Positions 20,411 to 30,386 of a stretch of DNA of 64,000 bases are shown piece after piece. Numbering within the stretch: the stretch's first letter is position 1; every line of letters begins with the position of its first letter. The notes under the pieces are model-generated. The model did no database searches, was not told where the DNA came from, and was given only the letters and a program-made list of their open reading frames with translations. The translations under genes were made by a program, and so were the position numbers. This DNA comes from a virus. Location: the IMG/VR virus record IMGVR_UViG_3300044710_000080, positions 1 to 64,000 of that record; one strand, given 5' to 3'.

Positions 20411-21928
20411 TCACTCGGCGGCGACCGGCTCCCGGTGCCGCCTGCGAATCACCGTCCGCGTCATCGCCTCGATCTCGGCGCGCCCGCGCTCCCCGAACTT
20501 CCTCCCCACCATAGCAAGATAGGACGGCTCGGTGAAGTATGCAGCGAAGGCGTTGTCCCGGAAGTCGAGGATCTCCCGCGAGGTCAAGGCGGCGGTCGGC
20601 AATGGGACGGCGTCGAAGCTGTGCTGCGAGTAACCGGACCACGTCTCCGGCAGTGGCAGGCCCTTGGCAACCGCCTCTGCGTAGAGTGGCGAGCCGGGAT
20701 AGGCCATCGCGCAATAGAAGTTCGCGAACTCGCACTGCAGCTCCTCGGCGAGGTCATAGGTCTGATTCATCGTTTCCAGCGTATCGTCCGGGAGCCCGAA
20801 GATGAAGTTCCCGATGACGTTGATCCCGGCCGCCTGGATCGCGCGCACCGTCTCGACAATGTCATCGGACTTGAGCGCCTTCTTCGCCCCGTCGCGGACG
20901 TGCTTCGATCCTGACTCGATCCCGAGTGCGAGCCAGCGGATGCCAGCGGCGCGCATCTTGGCGAGTGTGTGCGGTTTGACGGTATCGACGCGGGCATACG
21001 CCCAGATGTTGAGGTCGCGCGCGAATGTAAGCCGAGTGAGGCGCTCGCAGATTTCGCCATAGTGCCGTTCGTTGAGAACGAACATTTCATCGACGATCTT
21101 GAAAGTGCGCACGCCGTGAGTCCGGTAGAGCATTTCGACTTCGGCGCAGACCGCGAGCGGCGAGCGCATCCGATAGCGGTTCGTCTGGAACGGCGCGTTG
21201 ATGCAGCAGAATGAGCATTTGTACGGGCACCCGAGCGTCGTGTAGATCGAGGCGTAGGGCTTCCGTTTCTCTGGCTCCCCGAGCGTTTGCCAGTTGTGAG
21301 CGCGATAGCGATTGACCGGGAGCATATCCCACACGTCGCCGTGCAGTTGCGATAGGTCCTCGATCAGCGGCGCTGATGGGTTGATGATGACCTGCCCTGG
21401 CTTCGGGCCGCGCCAGACGAGGCCAGGAATATCGGCCAGATCAGATCGAGTGAGAACGTACTCATTTTCTTCATTCGATTTGAATAGATGTAGCAGTTCT
21501 TCGATCGTGACCGGCCCCTCGCCGACGCAAGTATAATCGACCGTCTCCTCGACCATCGTCCGCTCTGGCAGCGCCGAGACATGGCCGCCGATCAGGATCA
21601 CCGGGACGCGGCAAACCTGCTTGATGGCGCGGGCGACAGCGCCGGCTCCCGTCATCTGTTGCGTGCTCGCGCTCGGCTGGTGCCCATAGGCGACAATCGC
21701 GCAGAGTCGCGGCTTCCAGAGCGCGACAAGGGAACCCACGTCATGCGGGTCATCCTCGGTCGCCTCCATGTCGAGAATCTTGACCGAATAGCCCCGGTCC
21801 CGAACGTATCCCGCAATCAGGCGGCAAAAGAGCGGCGGCTCGATTGCGGTGAGGTTGCTGCCGAGCGCGCCGTAGATTTCCCGGCCAGCGCTGGGGTGGA
21901 TCAGGAGGAGGTCGAGTTTGTCGGTCAT
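20411..21928 (-). CDS. B12-binding radical SAM enzyme (class B methyltransferase-like)
   Basis: N-terminal cobalamin-binding domain (ILIGGHVSALP..VGEG), GCPYKCSFC, LGIESG, FIFGLP. Confidence 0.9.
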   Translation of the reverse strand: MTDKLDLLLIHPSAGREIYGALGSNLTAIEPPLFCRLIAGYVRDRGYSVKILDMEATEDDPHDVGSLVALWKPRLCAIVAYGHQPSASTQQMTGAGAVARAIKQVCRVPVILIGGHVSALPERTMVEETVDYTCVGEGPVTIEELLHLFKSNEENEYVLTRSDLADIPGLVWRGPKPGQVIINPSAPLIEDLSQLHGDVWDMLPVNRYRAHNWQTLGEPEKRKPYASIYTTLGCPYKCSFCCINAPFQTNRYRMRSPLAVCAEVEMLYRTHGVRTFKIVDEMFVLNERHYGEICERLTRLTFARDLNIWAYARVDTVKPHTLAKMRAAGIRWLALGIESGSKHVRDGAKKALKSDDIVETVRAIQAAGINVIGNFIFGLPDDTLETMNQTYDLAEELQCEFANFYCAMAYPGSPLYAEAVAKGLPLPETWSGYSQHSFDAVPLPTAALTSREILDFRDNAFAAYFTEPSYLAMVGRKFGERGRAEIEAMTRTVIRRRHREPVAAE

Positions 21929-22173
21929 CGGACTTCGCGCCCTTCCGCATCACGGAAAATTGCTGGGTAAGAGTCGTTGCCTTCCGGCCAGCATTCGGGA
22001 CATGGAATCTCGACGGTGGCAGCGCCTTGGGGATCGGTCGGCGCCCTATCAAAATTGGTCGTTGCTCCACAGCCTGGGCATGTCGCCTTTAACGGGATCA
22101 CGATTTCTGCCCTGCTGCGGTCAAATCCGCAGGCGCGGTCGACCATCAGTTCGATTGGGGAAAGCGTCCTCAT
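21925..22173 (-). CDS. Small Zn-ribbon protein
   Basis: CPGC and CPEC; overlaps both neighbours. Confidence 0.55.
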   Translation of the reverse strand: MRTLSPIELMVDRACGFDRSRAEIVIPLKATCPGCGATTNFDRAPTDPQGAATVEIPCPECWPEGNDSYPAIFRDAEGREVR

Positions 22174-22511
22174 GGCACCATCGCCCTCGACTCTTCCCCC
22201 GCCGCGCGCTCGACGTCGGCGTCGTCGTGGTGGGTGGAGAACTCGAAGATGACAGAGTCGCGCAGGCCAGCGAAGCGGTGCCAGGTGCCGGATTCAATAT
22301 CGACCGAGTCTCCCGGCTGCATGATATGGATAGCGCCGTTCAATTCCATGCGAACTTGGCCGGACTGGAGGTAGAACGTCTCATGCTTCACCGGGTGCCG
22401 GTGCAGGCTGCACTGGAAGCCCTTCCGCAGAACCAGCATCTTGCCGCAGTAGGACTCGTTGTTGACTATCCAGCGTTCCTCGCCCCAGACCTTTTTGACG
22501 ATCTTCAGCAT
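22170..22511 (-). CDS. Cupin, sugar isomerase-like
   Basis: KVWGEE, SLHRH..KHETFY, GTWHRF. Confidence 0.8.
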   Translation of the reverse strand: MLKIVKKVWGEERWIVNNESYCGKMLVLRKGFQCSLHRHPVKHETFYLQSGQVRMELNGAIHIMQPGDSVDIESGTWHRFAGLRDSVIFEFSTHHDDADVERAAGEESRAMVP

Positions 22512-22688
22512 CCGGGCTTCCTCAGGTCGGGCGGCCAAAGCCAGAGTGAGATGCGATGCCATGCTCGGCGCCACCATTGCGGCGGCCCTTCAGCATCGAG
22601 CGGCTCTAGTGTTCCGGTCTTGAATTTCACTGATCGCGGGTCGCCGGGAAAGTTGCCGAAATAGGCTCTCGCGGCGGCGATCTCTTCC

Positions 22689-23627
22689 TCAGACGTTCCC
22701 ATTTTGCCCTCGGGGCAGCATCCGCAGTCCGACTATAAGCTCACGGATGCCGTCGTCCAAGGAGAACTGAGGCCGCCAGCGGGTCGCCTCGATCCGGGCG
22801 TTGCTGACCACATAATTCCGCTGGTCGACATCGGCCCCGACCGGAGCATCGAGGAACGTGAATCCCGGGACGTGCACGGCGATCCGCTCGCACAGCTCGC
22901 GCTTGCTGATGTTCGCGTCGGAGAGCCCGACATTGTAGGGCTTGTCCCGCATCGCCTCGAAGTTCTCGATCCCGTAGGCGAACGCCGCCGCCGCGTCCCG
23001 GACGTGCAGGTAGTTCCGCTTGAAGTGGCTCTCGTAAAGCACGACGGCCCGGTCGGTCATCGCCCGGTGCACGAAGTCGTTCACCAAGAGGTCGAGCCGC
23101 ATCCTCGGCGACATGCCGAACAGCGTGGCCAGCCGGAAGCTGATCGCGTTGCCCCGCCCCAGCACAGCCTCCTCGGCGCGCACCTTGGTGACCCCGTAGT
23201 GGCTGATCGGGCGGAGCGGCGAGTCCTCGGTGCACTCGACTCCGGGTTCCCCGATGCCATAGCCGCTGTTCGTGATCGGGATGAGCACGCGCTGGCTGAT
23301 CGACATGCGGTCGAGCGTGTTGCGGATCGCCTCAGTGTTCGTGCTGTGGGCCCCGATGCGGTCGGCCTCGCAGAGCGGTGCGCCGACGAGCGCGGCGAGC
23401 GGAATGAACACATCAGCATTCTTGAGCAATGGCTCGACTACCCGCATGTCCCGGCAGTCACCCCGCACCACGTCGAACGCCTGGTTCGCGCAGAGTGCAT
23501 TGAGAGGCATCTGGTTCCAGAGGAAATTATCGATCACCGTGACGTGGTGCCCTTCCGAAAGCAGGACGCGGACGAGGACACTGCCCAAATATCCCGCCCC
23601 CCCGGAGCAAAGCACACGAAATCCCAT
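22689..23627 (-). CDS. NAD-dependent nucleotide-sugar epimerase/reductase (extended SDR)
   Basis: SGGAGYLGS, YGVTK, FRLATLFG.SPRMRLDLLVN. Confidence 0.9.
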   Translation of the reverse strand: MGFRVLCSGGAGYLGSVLVRVLLSEGHHVTVIDNFLWNQMPLNALCANQAFDVVRGDCRDMRVVEPLLKNADVFIPLAALVGAPLCEADRIGAHSTNTEAIRNTLDRMSISQRVLIPITNSGYGIGEPGVECTEDSPLRPISHYGVTKVRAEEAVLGRGNAISFRLATLFGMSPRMRLDLLVNDFVHRAMTDRAVVLYESHFKRNYLHVRDAAAAFAYGIENFEAMRDKPYNVGLSDANISKRELCERIAVHVPGFTFLDAPVGADVDQRNYVVSNARIEATRWRPQFSLDDGIRELIVGLRMLPRGQNGNV

Positions 23628-23863
23628 CACGGAATCTCCTTCGCGAGAATGCCGAGCAGGCTCTTCGCCAGAATCTCGGCATCCTGCCGACCCATGATGA
23701 CGGCGGTGTGGAAGATGTTCCCCTCCTCCGTCCCAAAGCCCTCGCCGAAAGTGATTCGGACAACCTCCTTCGTCGCACCGACGGTGTGGGTGTTCGTGTA
23801 GATCGGCCGCACTGCGCCCCAAGACGGACGCGACGCGACGTGGCTCCCGCCGTTCCCGTTCAT
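23627..23863 (-). CDS. Small hypothetical protein
   Basis: IYTN..V....VRITFGE; translationally coupled. Confidence 0.5.
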   Translation of the reverse strand: MNGNGGSHVASRPSWGAVRPIYTNTHTVGATKEVVRITFGEGFGTEEGNIFHTAVIMGRQDAEILAKSLLGILAKEIP

Positions 23864-24010
23864 AGACTCACCAGAACTTCACGATGAAGTGGATTATGAC
23901 CCAAGCCACGCCGACCCAGAATGAGACAAATCCGATGCAAAAACCCCAGATGATGATTACGGCAGCGAGATCCTTGGGGACCACCTTCTCGGTGAATGGG
24001 AATGCGCGCC

Positions 24011-25135
24011 TCATAGCGTCCTCCGGATTACCTCGGCCAGCCGCTTGATTAGGTCTGGCGCTGACCAGGGGGGATTCCCGCAGAACATTCCTGTGACGTG
24101 GATTAGATCGGCCTTGGGCGTGGGCTGGTTCGCCCATGGAAGCCCATAGGGAGATTTTGTAAAGCTCCCGCCAGTCGGAAGGCGGCAGTCGATCGAGGCC
24201 GCCCGGAGGGCTCCTACTAGCCGCCGGCGGGCCTCCTGGCCGGCATCCACGGTGAAGTGGAGCGAAAATGGGCTCGGGCTGCCGTTCCAGGGCGGGAAGG
24301 TGACCGGGAGGCTCGCCGCCAGTCGCCGGAACAGGGCGTCATTTTCTCGCCGTGCCTTGATGAAGCCGGGGAGCTTGCGCAGTTGCTCGCGGGCGACCGC
24401 GGCGCGGATTTCGTCGGAGCGGACGTTGAATCCGAAAATTTCAAATCGGTATTCGTCCTCGAACCGCTCCGCAGGCTGAACGTCGCGCAGCCAGCCGTGC
24501 GCTCTCAGCATCCGGCAGAGCCGATTGCATTCGTCGTCGTCGGTCAGCACCGCGCCGCCCTCGATGGCTGATACCTGATGGCTGAAGAAAAAGGATTCTG
24601 TCGCCATCAGCCCGAAGGCACCCGTCGTCTTGCCATTCGTCGAGGCCCCAAGCGATTCGCAGTCGTCGTTGAGGAAGTAGGCGTCGAGCACCCCGGCCAC
24701 CGTGTTCAGCGTCCCGAGCTGTGCCGGATTGCCGAGTATCGAGCAGCCGACCACGAGCCGGATACCGGCCGGATCCTCTAATCCGAACGGGTCGGCGTTC
24801 CAGCCGTCGTCCACATCCATCAGGACAAGATCGAGGCCGTGCTGCACGAGCGGGGCGTAAGTCGTCGCCCACGCGATCGCCGGCACCAGCGCCTTGTCCC
24901 CCCGCTTGAGCGGCTTCTCGGCGCGATGGAACAGCGCCGCCGTCGCCACGAGGTTCGCGCTCGAACCCGAGTTGACCATCACGCAATGCCGGCGGCCGTG
25001 GTAGTCCGCGAGTTCCCGCTCGAATGCCGCGACCTCGGGACCGGCGGTCAACCGCCCGGACGCGAGCACGCGCTCGATGGCCGCGCGCTCCTCGGTAGAC
25101 CACGCGGAAAATGCTGTCGGATGGTCATAGGTCAT
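24011..25135 (-). CDS. colD: PLP/PMP-dependent GDP-4-keto-6-deoxymannose 3-dehydratase (ColD-like, DegT fold)
   Basis: VNSGSSANL, W.TTY.PL.Q.GL, LGNP, DDCESLGA, SFFFSHQVSAIEGG with His at the catalytic Lys position, RAHGW.R. Confidence 0.85.
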   Translation of the reverse strand: MTYDHPTAFSAWSTEERAAIERVLASGRLTAGPEVAAFERELADYHGRRHCVMVNSGSSANLVATAALFHRAEKPLKRGDKALVPAIAWATTYAPLVQHGLDLVLMDVDDGWNADPFGLEDPAGIRLVVGCSILGNPAQLGTLNTVAGVLDAYFLNDDCESLGASTNGKTTGAFGLMATESFFFSHQVSAIEGGAVLTDDDECNRLCRMLRAHGWLRDVQPAERFEDEYRFEIFGFNVRSDEIRAAVAREQLRKLPGFIKARRENDALFRRLAASLPVTFPPWNGSPSPFSLHFTVDAGQEARRRLVGALRAASIDCRLPTGGSFTKSPYGLPWANQPTPKADLIHVTGMFCGNPPWSAPDLIKRLAEVIRRTL

Positions 25136-25663
25136 TTTGTGGCCACCCATCGCCATCGTCCGTTACGGCGCGGCTGAGCACCTCCCATCGATGGCCTATA
25201 CAAACCGGGACGCCCCTTCCGATGACGATGCCAGGCGGAAGTCGGCCACCATGTGCCGCGAACGCGGATCATGCTCATGCGAATGATTCGCTCAACAGAG
25301 TCTCGTTCGCCCGCCGACTGATATGGCGAAGAGCAACTTCGGCTCCCGTGCCGACCTTCGCATGGGGCAATTCTTCATCGGCCAGATCGGCCACGAATTG
25401 GAGCGCCTTCCGCAATCGGCTTACCTCCGCTTGGTATTTTTCCACGCGGGTAACTGCGGAATCTTTGCTGAACCGTTCGACTTCGTTCTCAGTAGTCATA
25501 GTCAAGCCCTCCGTGTCCATTTGCTTCGTCGCACTTGCGCAGCAACCAGCGCCAGAACCATCGCGGCCGGCGGTCGTTCCAGTCCATGCGCTCGGCCAAA
25601 TCCCATAACCGCTTGAAACGCGCATTACGGACGTTGTGGTCAGGTAGCGCGATTCCGTCTCGA

Positions 25664-26182
25664 TTAGGCATAGAGTTCCGTCCTCTCGATCAGCAGCGTG
25701 CTCCCCTCCCGCTGCAGCGCCTTCCCGTACTCCGGCACGATCCGGTCGGCGGAATCAAGCCGGACGACCTCGACGGTTTGCAGCATTGAGCAGAATGCTT
25801 CAGTGAAGTCCCCGAGGTGTTGCGGGCCGGGATCGAGCGGCACCGGAGTTGCGATTGCCGTTCTCACGATAACGCGCGGCCGCCACGTCGAGTATCGCGG
25901 CAGGGCGTCGAGATGCAATACGAGTTGCGACATGGCGAGCAGCAGGAAGTTGACCCGCGGATAGCACGTCACCGGGATCAGCCCCGTCAGCGACATGCCC
26001 GTCGCCATTCCGAGCTGAGCATCCTCCATGACGGGAAGCTCAAGCAGCTTCTCAGGCGCAATGCCGCGGAACGTTTTCGCCATAGCCGTGCCTTCCGTCA
26101 TGGCCTGGCCCATGAAGATCGACCTCGGCTCTTCGGCAATCATCAGCATCGCCGCCCGCAGTGCATCGAAGTAAACGCTCAT
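25664..26182 (-). CDS. ThDP-dependent enzyme, E1-beta/transketolase pyrimidine-binding domain only
   Basis: ELPVMEDAQLGMATGMSL.G..P, PGPQH; only 172 aa. Confidence 0.85.
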   Translation of the reverse strand: MSVYFDALRAAMLMIAEEPRSIFMGQAMTEGTAMAKTFRGIAPEKLLELPVMEDAQLGMATGMSLTGLIPVTCYPRVNFLLLAMSQLVLHLDALPRYSTWRPRVIVRTAIATPVPLDPGPQHLGDFTEAFCSMLQTVEVVRLDSADRIVPEYGKALQREGSTLLIERTELYA

Positions 26183-26277
26183 TCCTCGTCCTCCTCATGG
26201 GGCGCGTAGATTCCCCAGAGCACGAGCATGACGCTCCCGACCGCGAGCACCCCGACGATGGCGAGAACCCCGTACAT
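26179..26277 (-). CDS. 32-aa single-TM peptide
   Basis: MYGVLAIVGVLAVGSVMLVLWGIYAPHEEDEE; overlaps both flanking genes. Confidence 0.45.
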   Translation of the reverse strand: MYGVLAIVGVLAVGSVMLVLWGIYAPHEEDEE

Positions 26278-26879
26278 TAGAAGTCCACACGCTTGCCGGC
26301 GCCCGAATGTGGAAATGGTAAAACGTACTCATAACGCCGAGTTAAACGCGCATCCGACCCTTCGCATCCATCGTCCCAAGTCTTTCGCGTATCGGTGCAA
26401 ACGCTCAAACCGTTATCTTCGACGACGAACGTGATCGGCAGGCAATGCCCGCGCGCATAGTTCCAGCATTCGTGATAGATGCCCGTGCGACTTGTCATGT
26501 CCCCGAGAAAGGCCCAACAGCGCTCATCCTTCCCCGCTCGCTTGATCGCCCATGCGATCCCGAGCGCGATGGGCAGAACCCCGCCGACGATGGCGGATGA
26601 GATCACCCGACGCGCGGGAAAATTCAACGCAATCGAATGGCCTTTCAAAATCGCGGCCCGCAGTTCCTCTGGCGGCACGCCCTTGAGCAAACAGTGGTAG
26701 TGCGACCTCCAAGAAACTGCGCACCAGTCCTGTTCACGCACGTCGGCGAAGATGTCCAGCAAGGCCTGCTCATTGCCGCCGGCCAGATGTATGGGGGACC
26801 GGATGCGTGCCGCATTGAAGTCAGCAGCCACGGATTCCTCAAACGCGCGGAGAGATTCGACAGTGTGGTTCGTGATCAT
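26277..26879 (-). CDS. ThDP-dependent enzyme, E1-alpha-like subunit
   Basis: PIHL..GNE, WRSHYH, SAIVGG, ThDP motif variant GDM...EDN. Confidence 0.85.
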   Translation of the reverse strand: MITNHTVESLRAFEESVAADFNAARIRSPIHLAGGNEQALLDIFADVREQDWCAVSWRSHYHCLLKGVPPEELRAAILKGHSIALNFPARRVISSAIVGGVLPIALGIAWAIKRAGKDERCWAFLGDMTSRTGIYHECWNYARGHCLPITFVVEDNGLSVCTDTRKTWDDGCEGSDARLTRRYEYVLPFPHSGAGKRVDF

Positions 26880-27610
26880 TCGCCGAACACATTCCAATTG
26901 CCAAACTCTTCGATGAGGTCTGCGGAGAAGCAATCAATTTTATGATCGGACCGACCACCATCGAAAGCGGCGAGAGCATTCTTCCCGGTCGCGCGGACGC
27001 CGTTAACGGCGTGGGTCGCCTTCAACCGTCGAAGCTGAACGGCGTCCGGTTCATCCGAGTTCCCATCTCGTATGCGCGTTTCGTTCTGCCAGATGTAGGC
27101 GTTGGCAAGTTGAATCACGACGATTGCCTTAATCTGCTCGGCGCGAAGCGGCGGACGTTCCGCGAGGATCAGATCAATGTCGTGCATGATGAGTTTCAGC
27201 TCGGCGCGGTAGTCATCGCGGTGCTCATCGATGAAAATTTCCTTCTGGAGCACGATGGTGAGGCGGTCGACGAGGTCGCTCAATGTCGGCAAATACTTGC
27301 GCTCGTTACCTGGAAACATCGGGCGCGCCAGAAGGGAACCGAATCCCCATTTGCCGGATGCGTAGGCTTCCCGCGTCTCGGGATCGAACTTGACGCCTTG
27401 GGCTTCCAGCGCCTCAAGAATGAGCTTCTGATGCGCGGGAGAATTTTGCGGCACGTAGGTTCCCCCGTCCGCGCACCGTATCGGGCCGGGCGCCCCACCT
27501 CGTTCGTGCTCGTCGAATCGGAGGCCGCAGCGGGCGCAGATCGGGACCATACTGGAGGGGGAGAGGGGGATGTCGGGGCCGTGGTCGTCGCGGCCGTGCT
27601 GGTCGGTCAT
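26876..27610 (-). CDS. Hypothetical protein with helical C-terminal domain, coupled to E1-alpha
   Basis: YLPTLSDLVDRLTIV..KE...N.YIW.NE..IR; ATGA overlap. Confidence 0.65.
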   Translation of the reverse strand: MTDQHGRDDHGPDIPLSPSSMVPICARCGLRFDEHERGGAPGPIRCADGGTYVPQNSPAHQKLILEALEAQGVKFDPETREAYASGKWGFGSLLARPMFPGNERKYLPTLSDLVDRLTIVLQKEIFIDEHRDDYRAELKLIMHDIDLILAERPPLRAEQIKAIVVIQLANAYIWQNETRIRDGNSDEPDAVQLRRLKATHAVNGVRATGKNALAAFDGGRSDHKIDCFSADLIEEFGNWNVFGE

Positions 27611-27612
27611 GT

Positions 27613-27843
27613 TTATCGCCGTTTCCTTGCGGGCACTTCTTCCGCTGGAGGCTTCACAAGAAGTTGGCGAGCATGCTCACTGAGCGGCTTCAAGTCGGGC
27701 CGGACCTTCATCAGCGCGCTTATGAGTTCGTCGATTTCTTCGCGCGTACAGATTGATCCGCCAAGCACCACAGCGGGGCCGACAGATGTTTCCCCACCTG
27801 GATGCACAAGATTTACCATTTGGGTATGGATGATGTAAGGCAT
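27613..27843 (-). CDS. Hypothetical protein
   Basis: GGAG RBS; first ORF after promoter at 27880. Confidence 0.5.
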   Translation of the reverse strand: MPYIIHTQMVNLVHPGGETSVGPAVVLGGSICTREEIDELISALMKVRPDLKPLSEHARQLLVKPPAEEVPARKRR

Positions 27844-27879
27844 AATGAATCTCCCGGCCGGTTCAGGTTGCCCAATCCG

Positions 27880-27907
27880 ACTATAGGGAAAATTGTCCCG
27901 GTGTCTA
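27880..27907 (-). promoter_or_regulatory. Sigma70-like promoter with operator in spacer
   Basis: TAGACA-16-TATAGT; spacer contains GGGACAATTTTCCC. Confidence 0.7.
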
Positions 27908-28237
27908 GTGGGTAGTGACCGTAGCGGCCTCGGGCTTGACGCCCATACGGTTTTTCTGGGCGGCCTCAACGGCGAGGGCGCGGACGCGGCCGAGCGTGGC
28001 CTCGAAACCGGATTCGGCCCATCCCGGCTTCTGGCGCATGTCGTCCACGATTTCGGCGAAGATGAGCGCGTCGGGCGGGCGCAGGGCGAGCGACCTTCCA
28101 GCGATGCTCTGGTAGACCCTCCATCCGGTGCCGTGGTCGTAGTGGATGCCGACCTGCAACGCCGACCCCGGCGGGGCGGTCGAGATGTGCAGGAGCCAGC
28201 CCTTGATCTGGAGGAGGCGCTTGCGCTTGCCGCTCAT
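27905..28237 (-). CDS. Hypothetical protein
   Basis: High-GC3 ORF abutting neighbours. Confidence 0.5.
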   Translation of the reverse strand: MSGKRKRLLQIKGWLLHISTAPPGSALQVGIHYDHGTGWRVYQSIAGRSLALRPPDALIFAEIVDDMRQKPGWAESGFEATLGRVRALAVEAAQKNRMGVKPEAATVTTH

Positions 28238-28573
28238 TCAGGTCAGGCCTTCGATCTTCCCGTTCGTGACGTGGAAGTGCGCGTTGCATCCGCCGGTGAG
28301 TTGGACCGAACTTGAGCCAGCAACCAGCGTCAGGTCGTCGATCCCGGTCCCGGTCAGGTTCCAGCGCCCCGGTTGCGGCGACACGTCCTGCGGGACTGAG
28401 GGCGACCAGCAAATGACCGAATGCACGCCGATCCCATCTGGATGCCCGAGAAAGCACTTCGGGCAAAGGAACATCACGCCGTCCGCACCCGCAATCACGT
28501 CGCCCACATCTTGAAATGTGTGATGGCTTTCCAGTTTGAGGAACTTCGCCTCTAGCTCGCGGAGTGTCGTCAT
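28238..28573 (-). CDS. Cys/His metal-binding protein (DUF6527-like)
   Basis: FLCPKC..H...W...DLTL..S......C.AHF.V.NG.I. Confidence 0.65.
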   Translation of the reverse strand: MTTLRELEAKFLKLESHHTFQDVGDVIAGADGVMFLCPKCFLGHPDGIGVHSVICWSPSVPQDVSPQPGRWNLTGTGIDDLTLVAGSSSVQLTGGCNAHFHVTNGKIEGLT

Positions 28574-29508
28574 GCCGCCACCGCCTTCTTCACCCGCGCC
28601 GGGTCGAGCACCCCGATATGGTCCAGCGCCCGCCCGACGCAGACCTCGGGCGGGAACTTCGCCTTGAACTTCTCGAATTGCGAGGCCCACACCCCGCGCC
28701 AGGCCGCCCGCACCAGCAGGCATTGGCTGTAGAAGCCCTCGATCGTGTCGGAGAATCGCACAACTTCATCCCATGGCTTCGACAGCAAATGCGGCTCCGC
28801 GACCACCGGGCGCCCAAGGCAGAGCGCCGTGTTACATCGGGACGACGATACAAGGCCCATCGATTCGAACTTCCTCACCTGGATGATGACCTTCGCCCGC
28901 CGCATCGTCTCGTCGCGTTCCTGCTGCGTCGCGAAGTCGACCACCAGCCGCACCGCCTTCTCCGTCCCCACCCGCTTCGCCAGCCGCTTCAAGATCGAGT
29001 GCCGCCGCGGTGTGAGCGACCCGTAGAACCCGAACTCGTAGTCCGGCTCCTTGTCGGTGATGCGCACCAGCGTCGGCGCATACCCGAGCTCGATCGGCGC
29101 CGCCGGCGCGAATTGCCCGTACCACTTCGTCACATGCTCGCCTGGCACCAGATGCAGGATCCCCTCGCAATACTTCGCCGCATCCGGGAACCGCTCCTGC
29201 CGGTAGACCATCTCCCGCTGCGTGCCCTGGTTGAAGCCCCGTTCGCTCGGCTCCTCCGTCGCCAGGATGATCCAGCGCGCGCCTTGCTGCGCCGCATTCG
29301 CTACCAGATTAACGCTGTCCTTCGTGAAGCCTTCGACAATGACGTTGATGCCATCGGCCCCGCTGACAAGTTTGGTATTTGAGGCATCCCATACTGCTTT
29401 GTGGCCCAAGGCATTGATTTGATGGCCGAAAATTGCAATTACGTCCTCAAGAGAACGCTGTCCTACTTCACTGTGGTTACCTAAAAAAAAGCAAAATTGT
29501 TGGCCCAT
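28570..29508 (-). CDS. Putative GT-B glycosyltransferase
   Basis: FGFYGSLTPRR, RDETMRRAKVIIQV, SSSRC..AL..G.PVVAE. Confidence 0.7.
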   Translation of the reverse strand: MGQQFCFFLGNHSEVGQRSLEDVIAIFGHQINALGHKAVWDASNTKLVSGADGINVIVEGFTKDSVNLVANAAQQGARWIILATEEPSERGFNQGTQREMVYRQERFPDAAKYCEGILHLVPGEHVTKWYGQFAPAAPIELGYAPTLVRITDKEPDYEFGFYGSLTPRRHSILKRLAKRVGTEKAVRLVVDFATQQERDETMRRAKVIIQVRKFESMGLVSSSRCNTALCLGRPVVAEPHLLSKPWDEVVRFSDTIEGFYSQCLLVRAAWRGVWASQFEKFKAKFPPEVCVGRALDHIGVLDPARVKKAVAA

Positions 29509-29951
29509 TATTTCACCTCGAAAGCAATAGCATTGATGGTTTCTGAGGTGTGAATCCATGGCTTGTCAAACCCTTTGCGGGCTATCGTCGATGCCTTCAA
29601 CGGTGGGCTCGTGATCGTCGCCACTGATTCGCGAAGCTCGCCGCTGATCTGCTCACCGACCATGGCCATTGCGGGCTTGGCGTCGAAGTCGGTTTGTTTG
29701 AGAGCGGCGGCGACGGCCTCGCCCCACTTCGGGGATTTGGCGGCGATCATGTTGCGAAAGGCGGGCCTGGGCGGCTGGCCGCGCGAGGGCACGCCGTACT
29801 CGGTGAGAGCGGCGCGGAGGGGAATCGACATGCCGTCTGAGCCCGTGGCTCCTTCGAGCCATCCGACCCGGAGGTTTGCGGGCGTGGTGATGTGCTGCGC
29901 GAGCTCGTTCAGCTTTTGCCGCAATTTCTCTCCCCCGCTGATGGTCGCCAT
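29508..29951 (-). CDS. Neck/tail completion protein (HK97 gp10-like)
   Basis: VGWLEGAT, EYG, PPRP.FR, PPL..STIARKGFDKP. Confidence 0.8.
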   Translation of the reverse strand: MATISGGEKLRQKLNELAQHITTPANLRVGWLEGATGSDGMSIPLRAALTEYGVPSRGQPPRPAFRNMIAAKSPKWGEAVAAALKQTDFDAKPAMAMVGEQISGELRESVATITSPPLKASTIARKGFDKPWIHTSETINAIAFEVK

Positions 29952-30386
29952 TTTCAAAACCCCTGGATACCGAGCAAGTGTAGCAGACCGCAGAGGAAGG
30001 CGATGTAGAGAACTTGCCCGAAGGTGAGGTCGAAGAGGAAGATGGCGTCGCTCATCGGGGCATCCGTCCGGCTTTTCTTCCCCGCGTGCCGGACAACGCG
30101 GTTACAAACCTGCGGCGTGAGACAAGTCCAAGGACGCACGGCATCGCTAGATGCTCTCCGCAGGACCGGAAGCTAATTGCGCCTCCACCATAGCCTGATG
30201 CCAGGGCGCAAGTCATGATAGGGGCAGTGGGGTTCATCCTCCAAGACCTCAAACTGTTGGCGCCAGAACTCCATCGCCGCGCGCACGAAAGATACCCGAT
30301 AAAGAACCGATCGATTACGCGACCGCGCCATGCGCCTTGTGATAATCTTGTGTGTTGCCGCCAAATTTATCATCCGAATGACTCGC

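Noticed and set aside
24011-25135. Ordinary DegT sugar aminotransferase
   Set aside because: Catalytic Lys position is His, as in 3-dehydratases
25664-26879. Pyruvate dehydrogenase auxiliary metabolic genes
   Set aside because: Truncated subunits, no E2/E3, embedded among nucleotide-sugar genes
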